Of a stretch of 64,000 nucleotides of DNA, positions 46,009 through 57,899 are shown one piece after another; within the stretch, counting starts at the first letter, position 1, and each line of letters opens with the position of its first letter. Source of the DNA: Vicinamibacterales bacterium (GTDB lineage: Bacteria > Acidobacteriota > Vicinamibacteria > Vicinamibacterales > UBA8438). The notes beneath the pieces were generated by a model. The model did no database searches, had not been told where the DNA came from, and saw only the letters and a list, made by a program, of their open reading frames with translations. A program made the translations under genes and the position numbers. The DNA lies in the NCBI GenBank assembly GCA_965261285.1, contig OZ253457.1, positions 854,760 to 918,759 on the forward strand. Direction: 5' to 3'.

Positions 46009-47649
46009 GTGACATCACGGATCGATGCGCGGCGACGGCGAGTCCATTGGGTGCGGCGTGCGATCGTGCAGGCCGCCCTCGCGCTGGCGGCGTTGGCGGC
46101 GGGGGGGAAGGCGGCGCCCCTCCTCGCGCAGGAGCTCGGGCCCGCGGTCGCCGACTTCTGGGCCGCCGGCTCGCCCGAGGAGATCGACTCGGCCGTCGAA
46201 CGGATCCTCGCCCTCGGTCCCGGCATCGAGCCGCTGTGGCCCCTGATGCGGGCCGGCGGCGCCTACCACGCCGACGTGCCGCGCGGCCGTCAGGTGCTGT
46301 CCCGCCGCAATCCCGAAGGTGTCGAGTACCGGACCATCGCCTGGGTCCCGGCCGACTACGACCCCGCCCGCCGCTATCCGGTGCGGGTCTACCTGCACGG
46401 CGGCGTCAGCCGGCCGCGCCGAGACGAGGCCGCGTGGTGGCGCAACCAGGAGCGCTACGCCCGCGACGACGCCATCGTCCTGTTCCCCGAGTCGTGGGGC
46501 GAGACCATGTGGTGGCAGGCGAGCCAGATCGAGAACCTCGCCGGCGTCGTCAACGACCTCAAGCGCACCTACAACGTCGACGAGAACCAGGTCCACCTGC
46601 TGGGGGTGTCGGACGGGGGGACGGGGGCGTTCTACCACGCGTTCAAGGCCCCCACGCCGTGGGCCGGCTTCGTGTCGTTCAACGGCCACCCCGCGGTGCT
46701 CGCCAGCCCGTCGACCGCCGCCGACGGCCAGATGCACGTCGCCAACCTGCGGAACAAGCCGTTCTTCGCCGTCAACGGCGGCCAGGACCGGCTGTACCCG
46801 ATCTCGTCGGTCGTGCCCTTCCTGCAGCTCTTCGTGAACGCCGGCGTCTACGTGGAGTTCCGGCCGAGGCCGGAGGCCGGCCACAACATGCAGTGGTGGG
46901 ACGAGGAGAGCCCGCGGATCGATGCGTTCATCGTCGCCCAGACCCGCCGGCCGCTGCCCGACCGTCTCGTCTGGGAGACGGAGTCGGCGGAGCGGTTCAA
47001 CCGCGCGCACTGGCTCGTCGTCACCGAGCTGGGCAGCGTCGATGGCGAGAGCGACTTCGACGACTTCAACGAGATCGCCTCGTCGCCGCCCAGCGTGCCG
47101 ATCGGCTTCAACCAGCTCGGCCTGCTCGAGGGCGGCGGCATCGTGCTGATCGACATCCTGGCGGGGTCGATTGCCGAGGCCGCCGGGGTCCGCGCGGGCG
47201 ACGTGCTCGTCGGCGTCAACGGCCGGGCGGTGGCGACGGTGGACGATTTGCGCGAGGCGGTGCAGGCGCCCCGGGACGGCCCCGGGCTCGACGTGGAGGT
47301 CGAGCGCGAGGGCGAACGCCTCGCCTTCGTCCTCACGCCCCCCGACGACGTCCCCGCGGGGCCGGCGCGGACCGCGTTCCCGCGGCCCGACCCGGCCGGT
47401 CGGGTGCAACTGGCCCGCAACGGCAACGAGATCCTGGTGGCGACGCGCGGCGTCCGCCGCTACACCCTGCTCCTCTCACCCGAGCAGTTCGACTTCCTGC
47501 AGCCGATCCGGGTGACCACCAACGACGTGCTCTCGTTCGAGGGCGTCGTCGAGCCCGACCCGGCGGTGCTGCTGCGGTGGGCGGCCCGCGACCGCGACCG
47601 GACGATGCTGTTCGGGGCCGAGATCGCCGTCGAGGTCCGCGCGCCCTAG
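46009..47649 (+). CDS. secreted esterase (PHB-depolymerase-like) with inserted PDZ domain
   Basis: YLHGG, GVSDGG, NGGQD, AGH triad candidates; PDZ segment GSIAEAAGVRAGDVLVGVNG. Confidence 0.8.
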   Translation: MTSRIDARRRRVHWVRRAIVQAALALAALAAGGKAAPLLAQELGPAVADFWAAGSPEEIDSAVERILALGPGIEPLWPLMRAGGAYHADVPRGRQVLSRRNPEGVEYRTIAWVPADYDPARRYPVRVYLHGGVSRPRRDEAAWWRNQERYARDDAIVLFPESWGETMWWQASQIENLAGVVNDLKRTYNVDENQVHLLGVSDGGTGAFYHAFKAPTPWAGFVSFNGHPAVLASPSTAADGQMHVANLRNKPFFAVNGGQDRLYPISSVVPFLQLFVNAGVYVEFRPRPEAGHNMQWWDEESPRIDAFIVAQTRRPLPDRLVWETESAERFNRAHWLVVTELGSVDGESDFDDFNEIASSPPSVPIGFNQLGLLEGGGIVLIDILAGSIAEAAGVRAGDVLVGVNGRAVATVDDLREAVQAPRDGPGLDVEVEREGERLAFVLTPPDDVPAGPARTAFPRPDPAGRVQLARNGNEILVATRGVRRYTLLLSPEQFDFLQPIRVTTNDVLSFEGVVEPDPAVLLRWAARDRDRTMLFGAEIAVEVRAP

Positions 47650-47651
47650 CC

Positions 47652-47736
47652 CCTGGCCCGGAGAGCGTCGCCTGCCGCTCCGCTCACCGCCCAGCCAACC
47701 CTGCCAGGAGGCACGGTTCTACGGCGCAGACTCCTG
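47652..47736. repeat. dispersed ~87-bp repeat, copy B
   Basis: Shares the 18-nt identical core ctacggcgcagactcctg and flanking blocks with 24837..24923. Confidence 0.8.
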
Positions 47737-47936
47737 GGCGGTCGTCGGCGCGAGTCCGCGTCCGGGCGGCGAGCCGCCGGTGTCCTCGAAACGACCCGGG
47801 GTCGGGCGCGGTCCTGAACCTCCTCGCGCGGCCGGAATCTCTGCGGATGAGTCGGATTCTATCGCGTTTCGTTCGCCGTTTCGCAGGGTCGGCCCCGGTT
47901 CGACCTGCAGGTCCGTCGGGCTGAGGCGGAGCCTCG

Positions 47937-48800
47937 CTAGAACCTGAGCCGGAGTCCGCCGCCGATGTGGAAGCCCCCGGTATCGATGGGGACCATGCTC
48001 TCGCCTTCGCCCGGCAGGTCGACCGATCCTCCCGAGTACCGGATGAGGGCGCCCAGCCCGACCGTTTGCGAGAAGAAGAAACCGATGTCGGCGCCGGCGT
48101 GGAAGCCGATCGCCGACGCGGACGTCGCCGCCGTGGTCGTCGACGCCAGGCTGGCCTCGTCGTAGGGATAGGCGTGATCGTAGCCGATGGCGGTCACGAG
48201 GTCCTGGCGGACGTTGAACAGCGTGGGCCCGCCGAACACGGCCAGCTCGACCGTGTCGCTCACCGATTCGAACCAACGGACCTCCACGTGCACCGCCGTC
48301 TCCAGCCGCGTCAGGTCGGGCTCGCTGCCGGTCAGCGAACGGGGCCGGTTGAAGAAGAACGGGTGCGGGATGCGTGCGTCCAGCGACACCGGGTCGAGCC
48401 GCTCGAAGCGGCTGACGGCGACGCCGAAGCCGATGCCGTTCGCGAGCCGGACGCCGGCGCCGCCGTCGAAGACCGCACCGGTGCCGACGGCGTAGTCGGC
48501 GTCGAAGTCGGCGTCCTCGTGGAACTCGATGAACCCCACGTTGTCGGTGAAGGTGGTGGCGGTGGCCTGGGTCGCGCCGTTGAAGCTGACCCACCCCCCG
48601 GTCTGGGCGGCGGCCGCGACGGGCAGGAGGAGCGCCCCGCCGAGCGCGACGGCGATGAACGGGGCCGTCGCGGGACGACGGTGGCCTTCGGCCTCGCGTC
48701 GGGCTCCCGCTCCCCGGGGGTCCGGCCCGCCGTCGAGTGGCGCGGCGGAACCGCGGTCGGCAGCGGAGGAACGGAAAGAGGCGTGCGGACGCGGCGTCAT
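47937..48800 (-). CDS. outer-membrane beta-barrel protein (OmpA-like TM domain; start uncertain)
   Basis: Signal (ALLLPVAAAAQ), amphipathic strands, C-terminal GGFHIGGGLRLRF. Confidence 0.75.
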   Translation of the reverse strand: MTPRPHASFRSSAADRGSAAPLDGGPDPRGAGARREAEGHRRPATAPFIAVALGGALLLPVAAAAQTGGWVSFNGATQATATTFTDNVGFIEFHEDADFDADYAVGTGAVFDGGAGVRLANGIGFGVAVSRFERLDPVSLDARIPHPFFFNRPRSLTGSEPDLTRLETAVHVEVRWFESVSDTVELAVFGGPTLFNVRQDLVTAIGYDHAYPYDEASLASTTTAATSASAIGFHAGADIGFFFSQTVGLGALIRYSGGSVDLPGEGESMVPIDTGGFHIGGGLRLRF

Positions 48801-48841
48801 TGGCGGTCTCCCGAATCTAGGCGGTCATGGTCGAACGTGCG

Positions 48842-50584
48842 CTATCGGTCGGAGGCCTGGGGAATCCCGACCGCGTCGAGGGCTTCCCGGATGGCCCGGG
48901 TGGCGGCCGCGTCCGGTCCGAAGAGGTCGGTGGCCGACCGTATCAGGCTCTCGCGGACGATGGCGTGGTCGGCGAACGACGGCACCAGGTTGACCCAGGC
49001 GTTGAAGAACGTCCGCTCGATGTCCAAGCGGTTCTCGTGGCCGACGCCGGTGACGCTGAGCCCCGAGGTGCGGTTGGTGCCGCCCTCGACCGCGAGGAAG
49101 TAGGCGTGCCCGAGGATCGTGGCGTTGATGTGGACGCCGCCGTCGTCCAGCCGTCCGAGGTACCGGTCGTCGTAGTGATCGGGGTAGGGGCCGGTGATCG
49201 GGTTCTGCAGCGCCCGCGGGTCGCGCAGGGAGCGGATGGGGAACCCGATGTCCTCGCCGATCAGATAGTCCGCGCGCAGGGGTCCGCGACCGGGCTCCTC
49301 GACGTGGAACTCGGTGGCGACGGCGATGATGTCGGAGAACGCCTCGCTCAGGGCGCCGGGCTCGTTGGGGGTCGGCGGCGGCGGGTACGTCAGGCCGGCC
49401 GTGAAGTGGGTCACCCCGTGGGCCATCTCGTGGGCGATGACGTCCAGGGTGGTGAGCGGCCGGGGGAGCATGAACGGCTCGCCGAACACCATGAGACCGG
49501 TCGAGTCCGAGCCCGGAAAGGGATAGAAGTAGGCGGCGTTGTCGATCAAGAGCAGAAAGATTACGTACTGAATGCACTCCTCGAACGGGTCGGTGGCGTT
49601 CTCGAAGCACTGCTCCACCTCGGCGAGGACCCTGGCCGGATTCACGGGGTGGACGAACGCGGTGATGTCGCCGTCGCGGCCGTCGATGCCGGCCCAGCCG
49701 AGCCGGGTGGCGAGATAGTCGTACGACCACCCCGTCCCGGGGTGGACGTCGACGACGGTGTCGTCCTCCCACACGTTGTCGGCGTCGGCGGCGAGGGCCG
49801 CGAGAGGCGGCGGCGCGCCCTCGAACATGGCGATCAGGGTGTTCAGGAACCGGGTCTCGTCGTTCTCCAGGTCGTAGGTCCCGATGGCCGCGGGCCGGAG
49901 GGCGTCGCGTGTCCTGAACGTCCCCCCGATGGACTCGGTGGCCATCTTGCGCAGGTCCCCGAGCACGCCGGTGCCGAGGCCGACCGCCTGTTGGCGGATC
50001 CGGCTGACCTCGAAGAGGGTCTCGCCGGTGCCGGCGTCGATGAACACGTCGCGGAAGCTCGACAGCGTGCCCCGCCAGGCGAGCGTGTACTCGCCGTCGC
50101 CGAGGGGAAGCACCCACAGGCTCGGCTCCCCGACGAGGGCGAAGGGCGGCGCGGACATCGAGTCGAACGCCGCGCGCGCCTCGGCCGGCGACAGCCCCGG
50201 CGTCGTGTCGACGTCGATGCCCGTGAACACGGTGCCGAGAATGGCGGTGGTGAGTCCGGCCTCGGTCTGCCGGATCAGGTCGGCGCCGTAGACCGGCACC
50301 CCCTCGTGGTACTGGGTGAAGCGCTCGCTCCGCCGATCCGGCAGGTAGAGGCTCGGCCGGGTCTCGTAGCGGCGGAGGCCGCCGGTGCGGACCTCGAAAT
50401 CGACGACGTCGTCCCAGTCGCGGAGGCTCGATGCGTCCACGGCGGCGACCGTCCGGAGGTCGCCGGGCTGTGCGGCGGCCGGCAGGCAGCCGAGCAGGAG
50501 GAGAAGCGTGGCGGCGGCGGGTACGCGGAGGCGCGGCGACCGGGGGAGCGGCGTCCGACCGTAGATGTCCTGCAGATGGGTCAT
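48842..50584 (-). CDS. M4 family (thermolysin-like) metallopeptidase with propeptide
   Basis: RFTQYHEGVPVYG propeptide, NAAY, VIAHEMAHGVT (HExxH), GALSEAFSDI, GGVHINA. Confidence 0.95.
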   Translation of the reverse strand: MTHLQDIYGRTPLPRSPRLRVPAAATLLLLLGCLPAAAQPGDLRTVAAVDASSLRDWDDVVDFEVRTGGLRRYETRPSLYLPDRRSERFTQYHEGVPVYGADLIRQTEAGLTTAILGTVFTGIDVDTTPGLSPAEARAAFDSMSAPPFALVGEPSLWVLPLGDGEYTLAWRGTLSSFRDVFIDAGTGETLFEVSRIRQQAVGLGTGVLGDLRKMATESIGGTFRTRDALRPAAIGTYDLENDETRFLNTLIAMFEGAPPPLAALAADADNVWEDDTVVDVHPGTGWSYDYLATRLGWAGIDGRDGDITAFVHPVNPARVLAEVEQCFENATDPFEECIQYVIFLLLIDNAAYFYPFPGSDSTGLMVFGEPFMLPRPLTTLDVIAHEMAHGVTHFTAGLTYPPPPTPNEPGALSEAFSDIIAVATEFHVEEPGRGPLRADYLIGEDIGFPIRSLRDPRALQNPITGPYPDHYDDRYLGRLDDGGVHINATILGHAYFLAVEGGTNRTSGLSVTGVGHENRLDIERTFFNAWVNLVPSFADHAIVRESLIRSATDLFGPDAAATRAIREALDAVGIPQASDR

Positions 50585-50763
50585 GTATGTTCTGTCCGTC
50601 GGCAGTCTCTGCTTCATCCGGAGATTGCAGCGATTGCGAATCTTGTTGGTTGCCGCGTGTGCTTTTCTTTATGTACCTCCTAGCTTAGCGTACGTCGCCA
50701 TCGCCGGCTTCGTGCGAGCCGGGGCCGGACCGCGGCGCGGCGCCGGTGTAGAATGGCGCCGTC

Positions 50764-51978
50764 ATGCTGCACCCCACCCGCCGCGCGTTCCTCGGCGCCC
50801 TTCCCGCGTGCGCCGCCGTCGCCGCCCTGCCGCATGCCGCGACCCCGGCTGCCGCCCTGCCGCTCGGGCAGGCGGAGCGGCGGCTGCGCATCACCGACAT
50901 GGAGCTCATCGTCGTCCGGGTCACCGGGCGCACGAACTGGATCTTCGTGCGGCTCGCGACCAACGACGGGATCACCGGCCTGGGAGAGGCGTCGATGGGG
51001 CGGCGGACCGAGTTCCCGGAGATGGCGCCGTTCTTCGACCTCGTCCGGGACCGGTCGCCGTTCGAGATCGAGAGCTACCGCCAGCGCGGGCGGGCCGCCG
51101 CCGGCGGGGGGCGGGTGCCGGCGACGGCGTTCAGCGCGCTCGAGCAGGCGCAGTGGGACCTCGTGGGCAAGGCCCTCGGGGCGCCCGTGTACGAGCTCGC
51201 CGGCGGCGCGGTGCGGCGCGAGCTGCCCGCCTACGCGAACATCAACCGGGCCACCGCCGACCGTTCGCCCCAAGGCTTCGCCGCGAACGCGCGGCAGGCC
51301 GTCGCCGACGGCTTCCGCGCCATCAAGGGGGCGCCGTTCGACGGCTTCCCGCCCCTCGACGGGCCGGCCGGGGAGGTCGAGGCGGCCACCGAGCTGGGCA
51401 TCGCCTGCATCGAGGCGATGCGGGCGGCCATCGGCCCCGACGTCGACCTGAAGATCGACGTCCACAGCTTCTTCGACGTGCCCCTCGCCATCGAAGTCGC
51501 CCGGCGCCTCGAGCCGCAGGCGCTGTCGTGGTACGAGGAGCCGGTGCCCCCGACCGACCTCGAGTCCACCAAGGCGATCAAGGACGGCATCGCCCAGACG
51601 ATGGCGGGCGGTGAGTTCCTCTTCGGCATCGAGGGGTTCGCGCCCCTGTGCCGCGAGCGCGCCGTCGACATCATCATGCCCGACGTGAAGCACTGCGGCG
51701 GCATCACCGAGCTGGAGAAGATCGCCACGGTGGCCGAGCTCGACGGCGTGCTCGTCTCGCCGCACAACCCGAGCGGCCCGGTGAGCACGATGGCCTCGGC
51801 GCAGGTCTGCGCGTACCTGCCCAACTTCGACATCCTCGAGTACCAGTGGAACGAGGCGCCGTGGCGCGGCGACCTCGTCGACCCCCCCGAGCGCTTCGAG
51901 AACGGGATCCTGCAGGTGCCGGACGGCCCCGGCATCGGCTGCACCCTGAACGACACCCTCGCCCGCGAGCATGCGTGA
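50764..51978 (+). CDS. Tat-signal mandelate racemase/muconate lactonizing family enzyme (galactonate dehydratase-like)
   Basis: TRRAFL Tat motif; GITGLGE; metal ligands IDVH, YEEP, GGE; PDVKHCGGI; PHN; PDGPGIG. Confidence 0.92.
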   Translation: MLHPTRRAFLGALPACAAVAALPHAATPAAALPLGQAERRLRITDMELIVVRVTGRTNWIFVRLATNDGITGLGEASMGRRTEFPEMAPFFDLVRDRSPFEIESYRQRGRAAAGGGRVPATAFSALEQAQWDLVGKALGAPVYELAGGAVRRELPAYANINRATADRSPQGFAANARQAVADGFRAIKGAPFDGFPPLDGPAGEVEAATELGIACIEAMRAAIGPDVDLKIDVHSFFDVPLAIEVARRLEPQALSWYEEPVPPTDLESTKAIKDGIAQTMAGGEFLFGIEGFAPLCRERAVDIIMPDVKHCGGITELEKIATVAELDGVLVSPHNPSGPVSTMASAQVCAYLPNFDILEYQWNEAPWRGDLVDPPERFENGILQVPDGPGIGCTLNDTLAREHA

Positions 51979-52239
51979 CCGCCTCTCACGCCTGGTCGGG
52001 CGGGCGCCTCGCGTCGATCCGCCGGCGCCCTCCGGGGGCGGTGCGACGCGGCCTTTCGCCACGGACTGTCGACCCGTTCGCGACCGGGGGTCGCCCTGCG
52101 CCGGCGCACCGGTGCGCCGGCCGGTCGCGTTCGGCCGCCCCAACGCGGGGTGAGTTCCGGCGGCCGCGCAGAAGCGCGGAGCCGGGGCGTGAACCGGTGG
52201 CTGACCTCGCGGCGTCGTGGCTGCCGGGCGGAGCGATGA

Positions 52240-53888
<1,649 letters not shown>

Positions 53889-53963
53889 AGCAGCGGTCGG
53901 CGGGGTGGCTGCGCGGCCCCGCCCTTCGATGCGGCGGGGCGGGGCCGCGCGGTCGAAGGACCG

Positions 53964-55304
53964 TCAGAACGGTTGCAGCAGGCCCTCGTAGGTGATCGTC
54001 TCGCCCGGCAGGATCATGACCTCGAACTCCAGGGGCACGAAGCCGGGGTAGCGGATCTCGATGTGGTGCGGCCCCTCCTCGAGGCGCAGCCGCTGGAAGA
54101 TGCCGTCGTAGTTGTCGACCTGGCCCGCGTAGTACCCGTCGACGTACACCTCGGCGAAGCGGGGACGGACCTTCAGGCGCAGGCTGCCCGTGTAGTAGTC
54201 GTACGTTCCCCGGTCCCAGGCGGCGTAGCCGTACCGATGGCCGTAGTAGCCGTACCAGTAGGGATTCCAGTACGGGTCGTGGTAGCGCAGGCCGGACCCC
54301 ACCGCGACGCCGAGGCTGAACGTGCTGTAGCCCGGGAAGTAGAAGTAGCTGCCGTGGATGTGCGGGATGCCGTAGCGGTGCCGGCCGCGGTAGCTGCGGT
54401 ATCCCCGGTAGCCGCGCCCTCCCACGTCGACGTAGTTGTTGACGACGATGGGCCGTGACGCCAGCGGCGCGTCGGCGCGCCGGACGGCGTTGCCGCGCGG
54501 GCCGCGCCGGTCGACGACGGAGGCGCCCCGGCGTCCCGTCCTCGCCCCCGGGGCGGTGCCGGCGATGCGCCCGCCCCGCCGGGCGTTGTCGACGATCCCG
54601 ACGCCCGGCCCTCCGCGCGGCCGCGCGCCCCGCCGGGCCGTATCGGCCGGGCCTCCCCGGGGGGTGGCGCGGTTGCCGACCCGGCGGTCGCCGTCTCGCG
54701 GCGCGGTCCCGCCGGCGCCGCGATCGGGTGCGCGTCTCACGGCCCGCGGTCGGCCGGTGTCCCGCGGGGACGTCCCGCCGATGCGGTTGCGGGGAGCGGT
54801 GCGCTCGGGGACGGCCCGCCGGGTGGGCGTGCGGGGGGCCGTCGCTCCGGCCCGGCTCCCTCCCTCGCGGCGCTCCGGGGCTCGACTCACGGCCCGGGAG
54901 CGGCCGGCGTCCCGCGGGGACGTCTCGCCGACGCGGCTGCGGGGAGCGGCGCGTCGAGGGACGGCGCGGTCGGCGGCCCGGGGGGCCGTCCTCCCGGCCC
55001 GGCTTCCTCCGCCGCGCGCGGGGGCGGAAGCCCGCGGCGCCGCGCGCGGGGCCCCGCCGCGCCGGGCGGCGGGGGGAGCGGACGGGCGCGAGGCGCCGGC
55101 CGCCCGGCGGGGTGGGGTCGCGCGCCGCGCCGGCGCCGCCCGCGGCGGGGCCGCCCGTTGCGGCGCACGTTGGGGTGCGCGCTGCGCCTGCCCGGGCCGC
55201 GACCCGCGCTGTCTGGCCTGGCCCGCCTCGGCCATGGTTCCGAGGGGTATGGACCACGCGGCCGCGAAGACCGCGATGCAGAGCGCACGTGAGAGACGTT
55301 TCAT
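53964..55304 (-). CDS. secreted PEGA-domain protein with long Arg/Ala/Pro-rich disordered region
   Basis: Signal peptide; Tyr/Gly-rich segment; GSLRLKVRPRFAEVYVDGYYAG..L.LEEGPHHIEIRYPGF. Confidence 0.85.
   Translation of the reverse strand: MKRLSRALCIAVFAAAWSIPLGTMAEAGQARQRGSRPGQAQRAPQRAPQRAAPPRAAPARRATPPRRAAGASRPSAPPAARRGGAPRAAPRASAPARGGGSRAGRTAPRAADRAVPRRAAPRSRVGETSPRDAGRSRAVSRAPERREGGSRAGATAPRTPTRRAVPERTAPRNRIGGTSPRDTGRPRAVRRAPDRGAGGTAPRDGDRRVGNRATPRGGPADTARRGARPRGGPGVGIVDNARRGGRIAGTAPGARTGRRGASVVDRRGPRGNAVRRADAPLASRPIVVNNYVDVGGRGYRGYRSYRGRHRYGIPHIHGSYFYFPGYSTFSLGVAVGSGLRYHDPYWNPYWYGYYGHRYGYAAWDRGTYDYYTGSLRLKVRPRFAEVYVDGYYAGQVDNYDGIFQRLRLEEGPHHIEIRYPGFVPLEFEVMILPGETITYEGLLQPF
54736..54965. 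repeat. two ~80-bp imperfect repeats 150 bp apart in the PEGA protein linker
   Basis: ctcacggcccg..cggccgg.gtcccgcggggacgtc.cgccga.gcgg.tgcggggagcgg at 54736 and 54886. Confidence 0.75.
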
Positions 55305-55451
55305 GGCGATTCCCTCCCTCCGGACGACCCGCTCGGTCTTGGCCCGCCCATCGCCGTCTTCGGCTCCGCCGGGCGCCCGACCGACCCCCCGGGAACCTGC
55401 GCCGTATCTGCGGCGCGGACGCCGGGATCCGTGATCGCCGTCATATTGACA

Positions 55452-55468
55452 AGCATGCTGCGTGCCAA
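55452..55468 (-). promoter_or_regulatory. sigma54 (-24/-12) promoter for the PEGA gene
   Basis: TTGGCACG-CAGC-ATGCT with exact GG-N10-GC spacing, about 150 nt upstream of ATG 55304. Confidence 0.65.
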
Positions 55469-55927
55469 CCTGCCGGCTCGCCCGACACCACCCGTGCTCA
55501 CCGCTCCGGGGGGCGACGGCAGGAGCCGCCCGCGCTGCGTCGTCGAAGGCGCGGCGACAGCAGGCCGCGAGCCGACGGCTTCCTGCCGGCTCCCCGGTGT
55601 CCCTGCCAGGTGGCGGGGTGTCCGCTGGGGAGCACGGTCACGGGGCCGTCGGCTCTCTGCCGATTTCGGCCGGTGGAGATCCGGACCTGCCGCGCAGACC
55701 ACCCCGGCCGGGTCGCGCCATTCCGGCGGCCCTTGGCGACCACTGTACCATGCGCCCGCCCGCCGCGGGACGCGGCCGACCCGGGCGTTCTCCTGCCCTG
55801 GCGCGGTTTGTGCTATGGTTTGGCTGGCATCCGGCCGCCCATGACGGAGTCCCGCGCGGCATGGACCGGCAGGGCCGAATGTCGGACCACCCGGGCGGTC
55901 GCCGGAGCGACGACGAAAGGGACAGCC

Positions 55928-56149
55928 ATGAGTTTCTGCGAGCATTGCGAAGGCCAGCGATTCGACCGGGCACAGGTGCTCCGCCAGCTCAGGCAGACGC
56001 GCGCACGGCTCCGGGCCGACGCCCTGTCCTGGACCGCCGACGAGGCCCTGACCATCGCCATCAAGTCGGTGCGCGCCCTCGAGATTCCCCATCTCGAGCC
56101 GGTCGAGGACCTCCTGGACGAGACCATCGACGATCAGGTCATCCACTGA
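55928..56149 (+). CDS. small hypothetical protein with N-terminal CxxC (73 aa)
   Basis: AAAGGGA SD; MSFCEHCEGQRFDRAQVLRQL... Confidence 0.65.
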   Translation: MSFCEHCEGQRFDRAQVLRQLRQTRARLRADALSWTADEALTIAIKSVRALEIPHLEPVEDLLDETIDDQVIH

Positions 56150-56320
56150 ACGCCGCCGGCCTGCCCCGGCCCCGCGCCCGCCGCCGGGCGGGTTCGACGC
56201 CCGCCGTTCAGCGGGCCTCCACCTCGACGATCAGGTCATCCACTGAACGCCGCCGGCCTGCCCCGGCCCCGCGCCCGCCGCCGGGCGGGTTCGACGCCCG
56301 CCGTTCAGCGGGCCGCCACC
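56127..56320. repeat. 97-bp tandem duplication of a convergent gene junction
   Basis: Units at 56127 and 56224 differ by 1 nt; each includes both stop codons and the GC-rich hairpin region between them. Confidence 0.95.
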
Positions 56321-57765
56321 TCCGTGACGACCCGGTACAAGTACTCGAGGAAGAGGCCCAGCGCTTCGATGGACACCCGTTCGTCGGTCCCGTGGACGCC
56401 GCTGCGTTCGTCGCGGATCATGCCGATGCCGTAGGTCTGCACGCCCCTGGCGCGAAGCTGGGCGGAGTCGGTGGCCGCCGCCAGCATCGTGGGCAGGGTG
56501 ATGGCGTCCGGGAACATCCGCCGCTGCACCCGCTCCAGGGCGAGGAACATCTCGCTGTCGAGGCGCGAGGGCGGCGCCGCCGGCCGCATGCTGGTGGGGG
56601 GGGTCACCCGCACCGCGGGGTCGTCGACGAGATCGCGGAGGGTGGCGAGGAAGCCGTCGAGGTCCTCGTCGGGGAGGGCGCGGACGTCGAGCTCGGCCTC
56701 GGCCTCGGCGGGTATCACGTTGCGGCGGAACCCGCCCCGGATGACGTTGGGCGAGATGGTGGTCTGCAGCATCGCGCTGACCCCGATGTCCGTCTCGCGC
56801 AACGTCTGCCGGATGGTCTCGCGCCATCGGGGGTTCTCGAGGTTCCGGTAGCGGAACGCGACGTCGGGCGGGCTGACGTCGGCCAGGCGGTCGAGATAGG
56901 CGCGCGTGGTCTCGTTCAGCCGCATCGGGGACTGGTAGCTCCCCACCTTCGCCACGGCCGCGGCCAGGCGCACGACGGGGTTGTCGAGCCGGGGGGCCGA
57001 GCCGTGGCCGGCGGTGCCGCGGGCCACGAGGCGGATGCCGCGCCAGGGCACCTTCTCGGTGGTGGCGACGCTCACGACGTCGACGGCGCCGTTCGACGCC
57101 GTCATCAGTCCCCCCTCGTTCAGGGCGAACTCGGCGTCGATGGCGTCGAAGTGGCGCTCGACGACGAAGTCGATCCCCACCTCGGTCGTCCCTTCCTCGC
57201 CGGCCTCGGCGAGCAGGATGACGTCGCGGGCCAGCGGCACCCGGTGGCGCTCGAGCAGCAGCAGCACCTGCACCATGGCCGCGAGCTGGCCCTTGTCGTC
57301 CACCGCGCCGCGGCCCCAGAGATGGCCGTTCCGGATGACCCCGCCGAACGGGTCGACCGACCAGTCGTCCCGGTCGACGCCGACGACGTCGGTGTGGGCC
57401 ATCAGCAGGATGGGGCGCTTGGATCCGTCCCCGCGCAGGCGCGCCACGAGGTTGGCGCGGGTCGGGTCGAGGGCGAGGACCGTCGAGTCGATGCCCGCCT
57501 CGCCCAGCACCGACTCGACGAGCTCGACGACCTCCGTCTCGTTCCCCGGCGGGCTGCTCGTGTCGATGCGCACCAGGGCCTGCAGCAGGGACACCGCCTC
57601 GTCCCTGGCCCGCTCGAAGTCGGGCTCCTGGGCGGCTGCGCCGGCCGCGCCGGCCGTCGCCCACAGGGCGAGGACGGCCACCGCCCGGCGGACGCGGGGC
57701 GTCGGCCCGCAGGAGGTCACGACGGCGGGTTCCGGTCGGCGGGCTCGAGGCGCTGCATCGGACAT
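56305..57765 (-). CDS. M20/M25/M40 family metallopeptidase, exported
   Basis: LMAHTDVVG, WGRGAVDDKG, AEAGEEG, ALNEGG, VHGTDER. Confidence 0.95.
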   Translation of the reverse strand: MSDAAPRARRPEPAVVTSCGPTPRVRRAVAVLALWATAGAAGAAAQEPDFERARDEAVSLLQALVRIDTSSPPGNETEVVELVESVLGEAGIDSTVLALDPTRANLVARLRGDGSKRPILLMAHTDVVGVDRDDWSVDPFGGVIRNGHLWGRGAVDDKGQLAAMVQVLLLLERHRVPLARDVILLAEAGEEGTTEVGIDFVVERHFDAIDAEFALNEGGLMTASNGAVDVVSVATTEKVPWRGIRLVARGTAGHGSAPRLDNPVVRLAAAVAKVGSYQSPMRLNETTRAYLDRLADVSPPDVAFRYRNLENPRWRETIRQTLRETDIGVSAMLQTTISPNVIRGGFRRNVIPAEAEAELDVRALPDEDLDGFLATLRDLVDDPAVRVTPPTSMRPAAPPSRLDSEMFLALERVQRRMFPDAITLPTMLAAATDSAQLRARGVQTYGIGMIRDERSGVHGTDERVSIEALGLFLEYLYRVVTEVAAR

Positions 57766-57899
57766 GGGCCGCTATTCTGACGGCTTCCCGGCCGCGCGAC
57801 AACCGCGGGCCGCCCCGGTCGATCCCCGGCCCGCCCATCGTCGCCTGTCGCTCAATGGCCGGTTATAGTGGGGTCCGCATTCGCGGTCGAGAGCCATCA

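Noticed and set aside
47790-47930. Second MITE or structured RNA
   Set aside because: Only 5-bp inverted ends and no second copy in the window.
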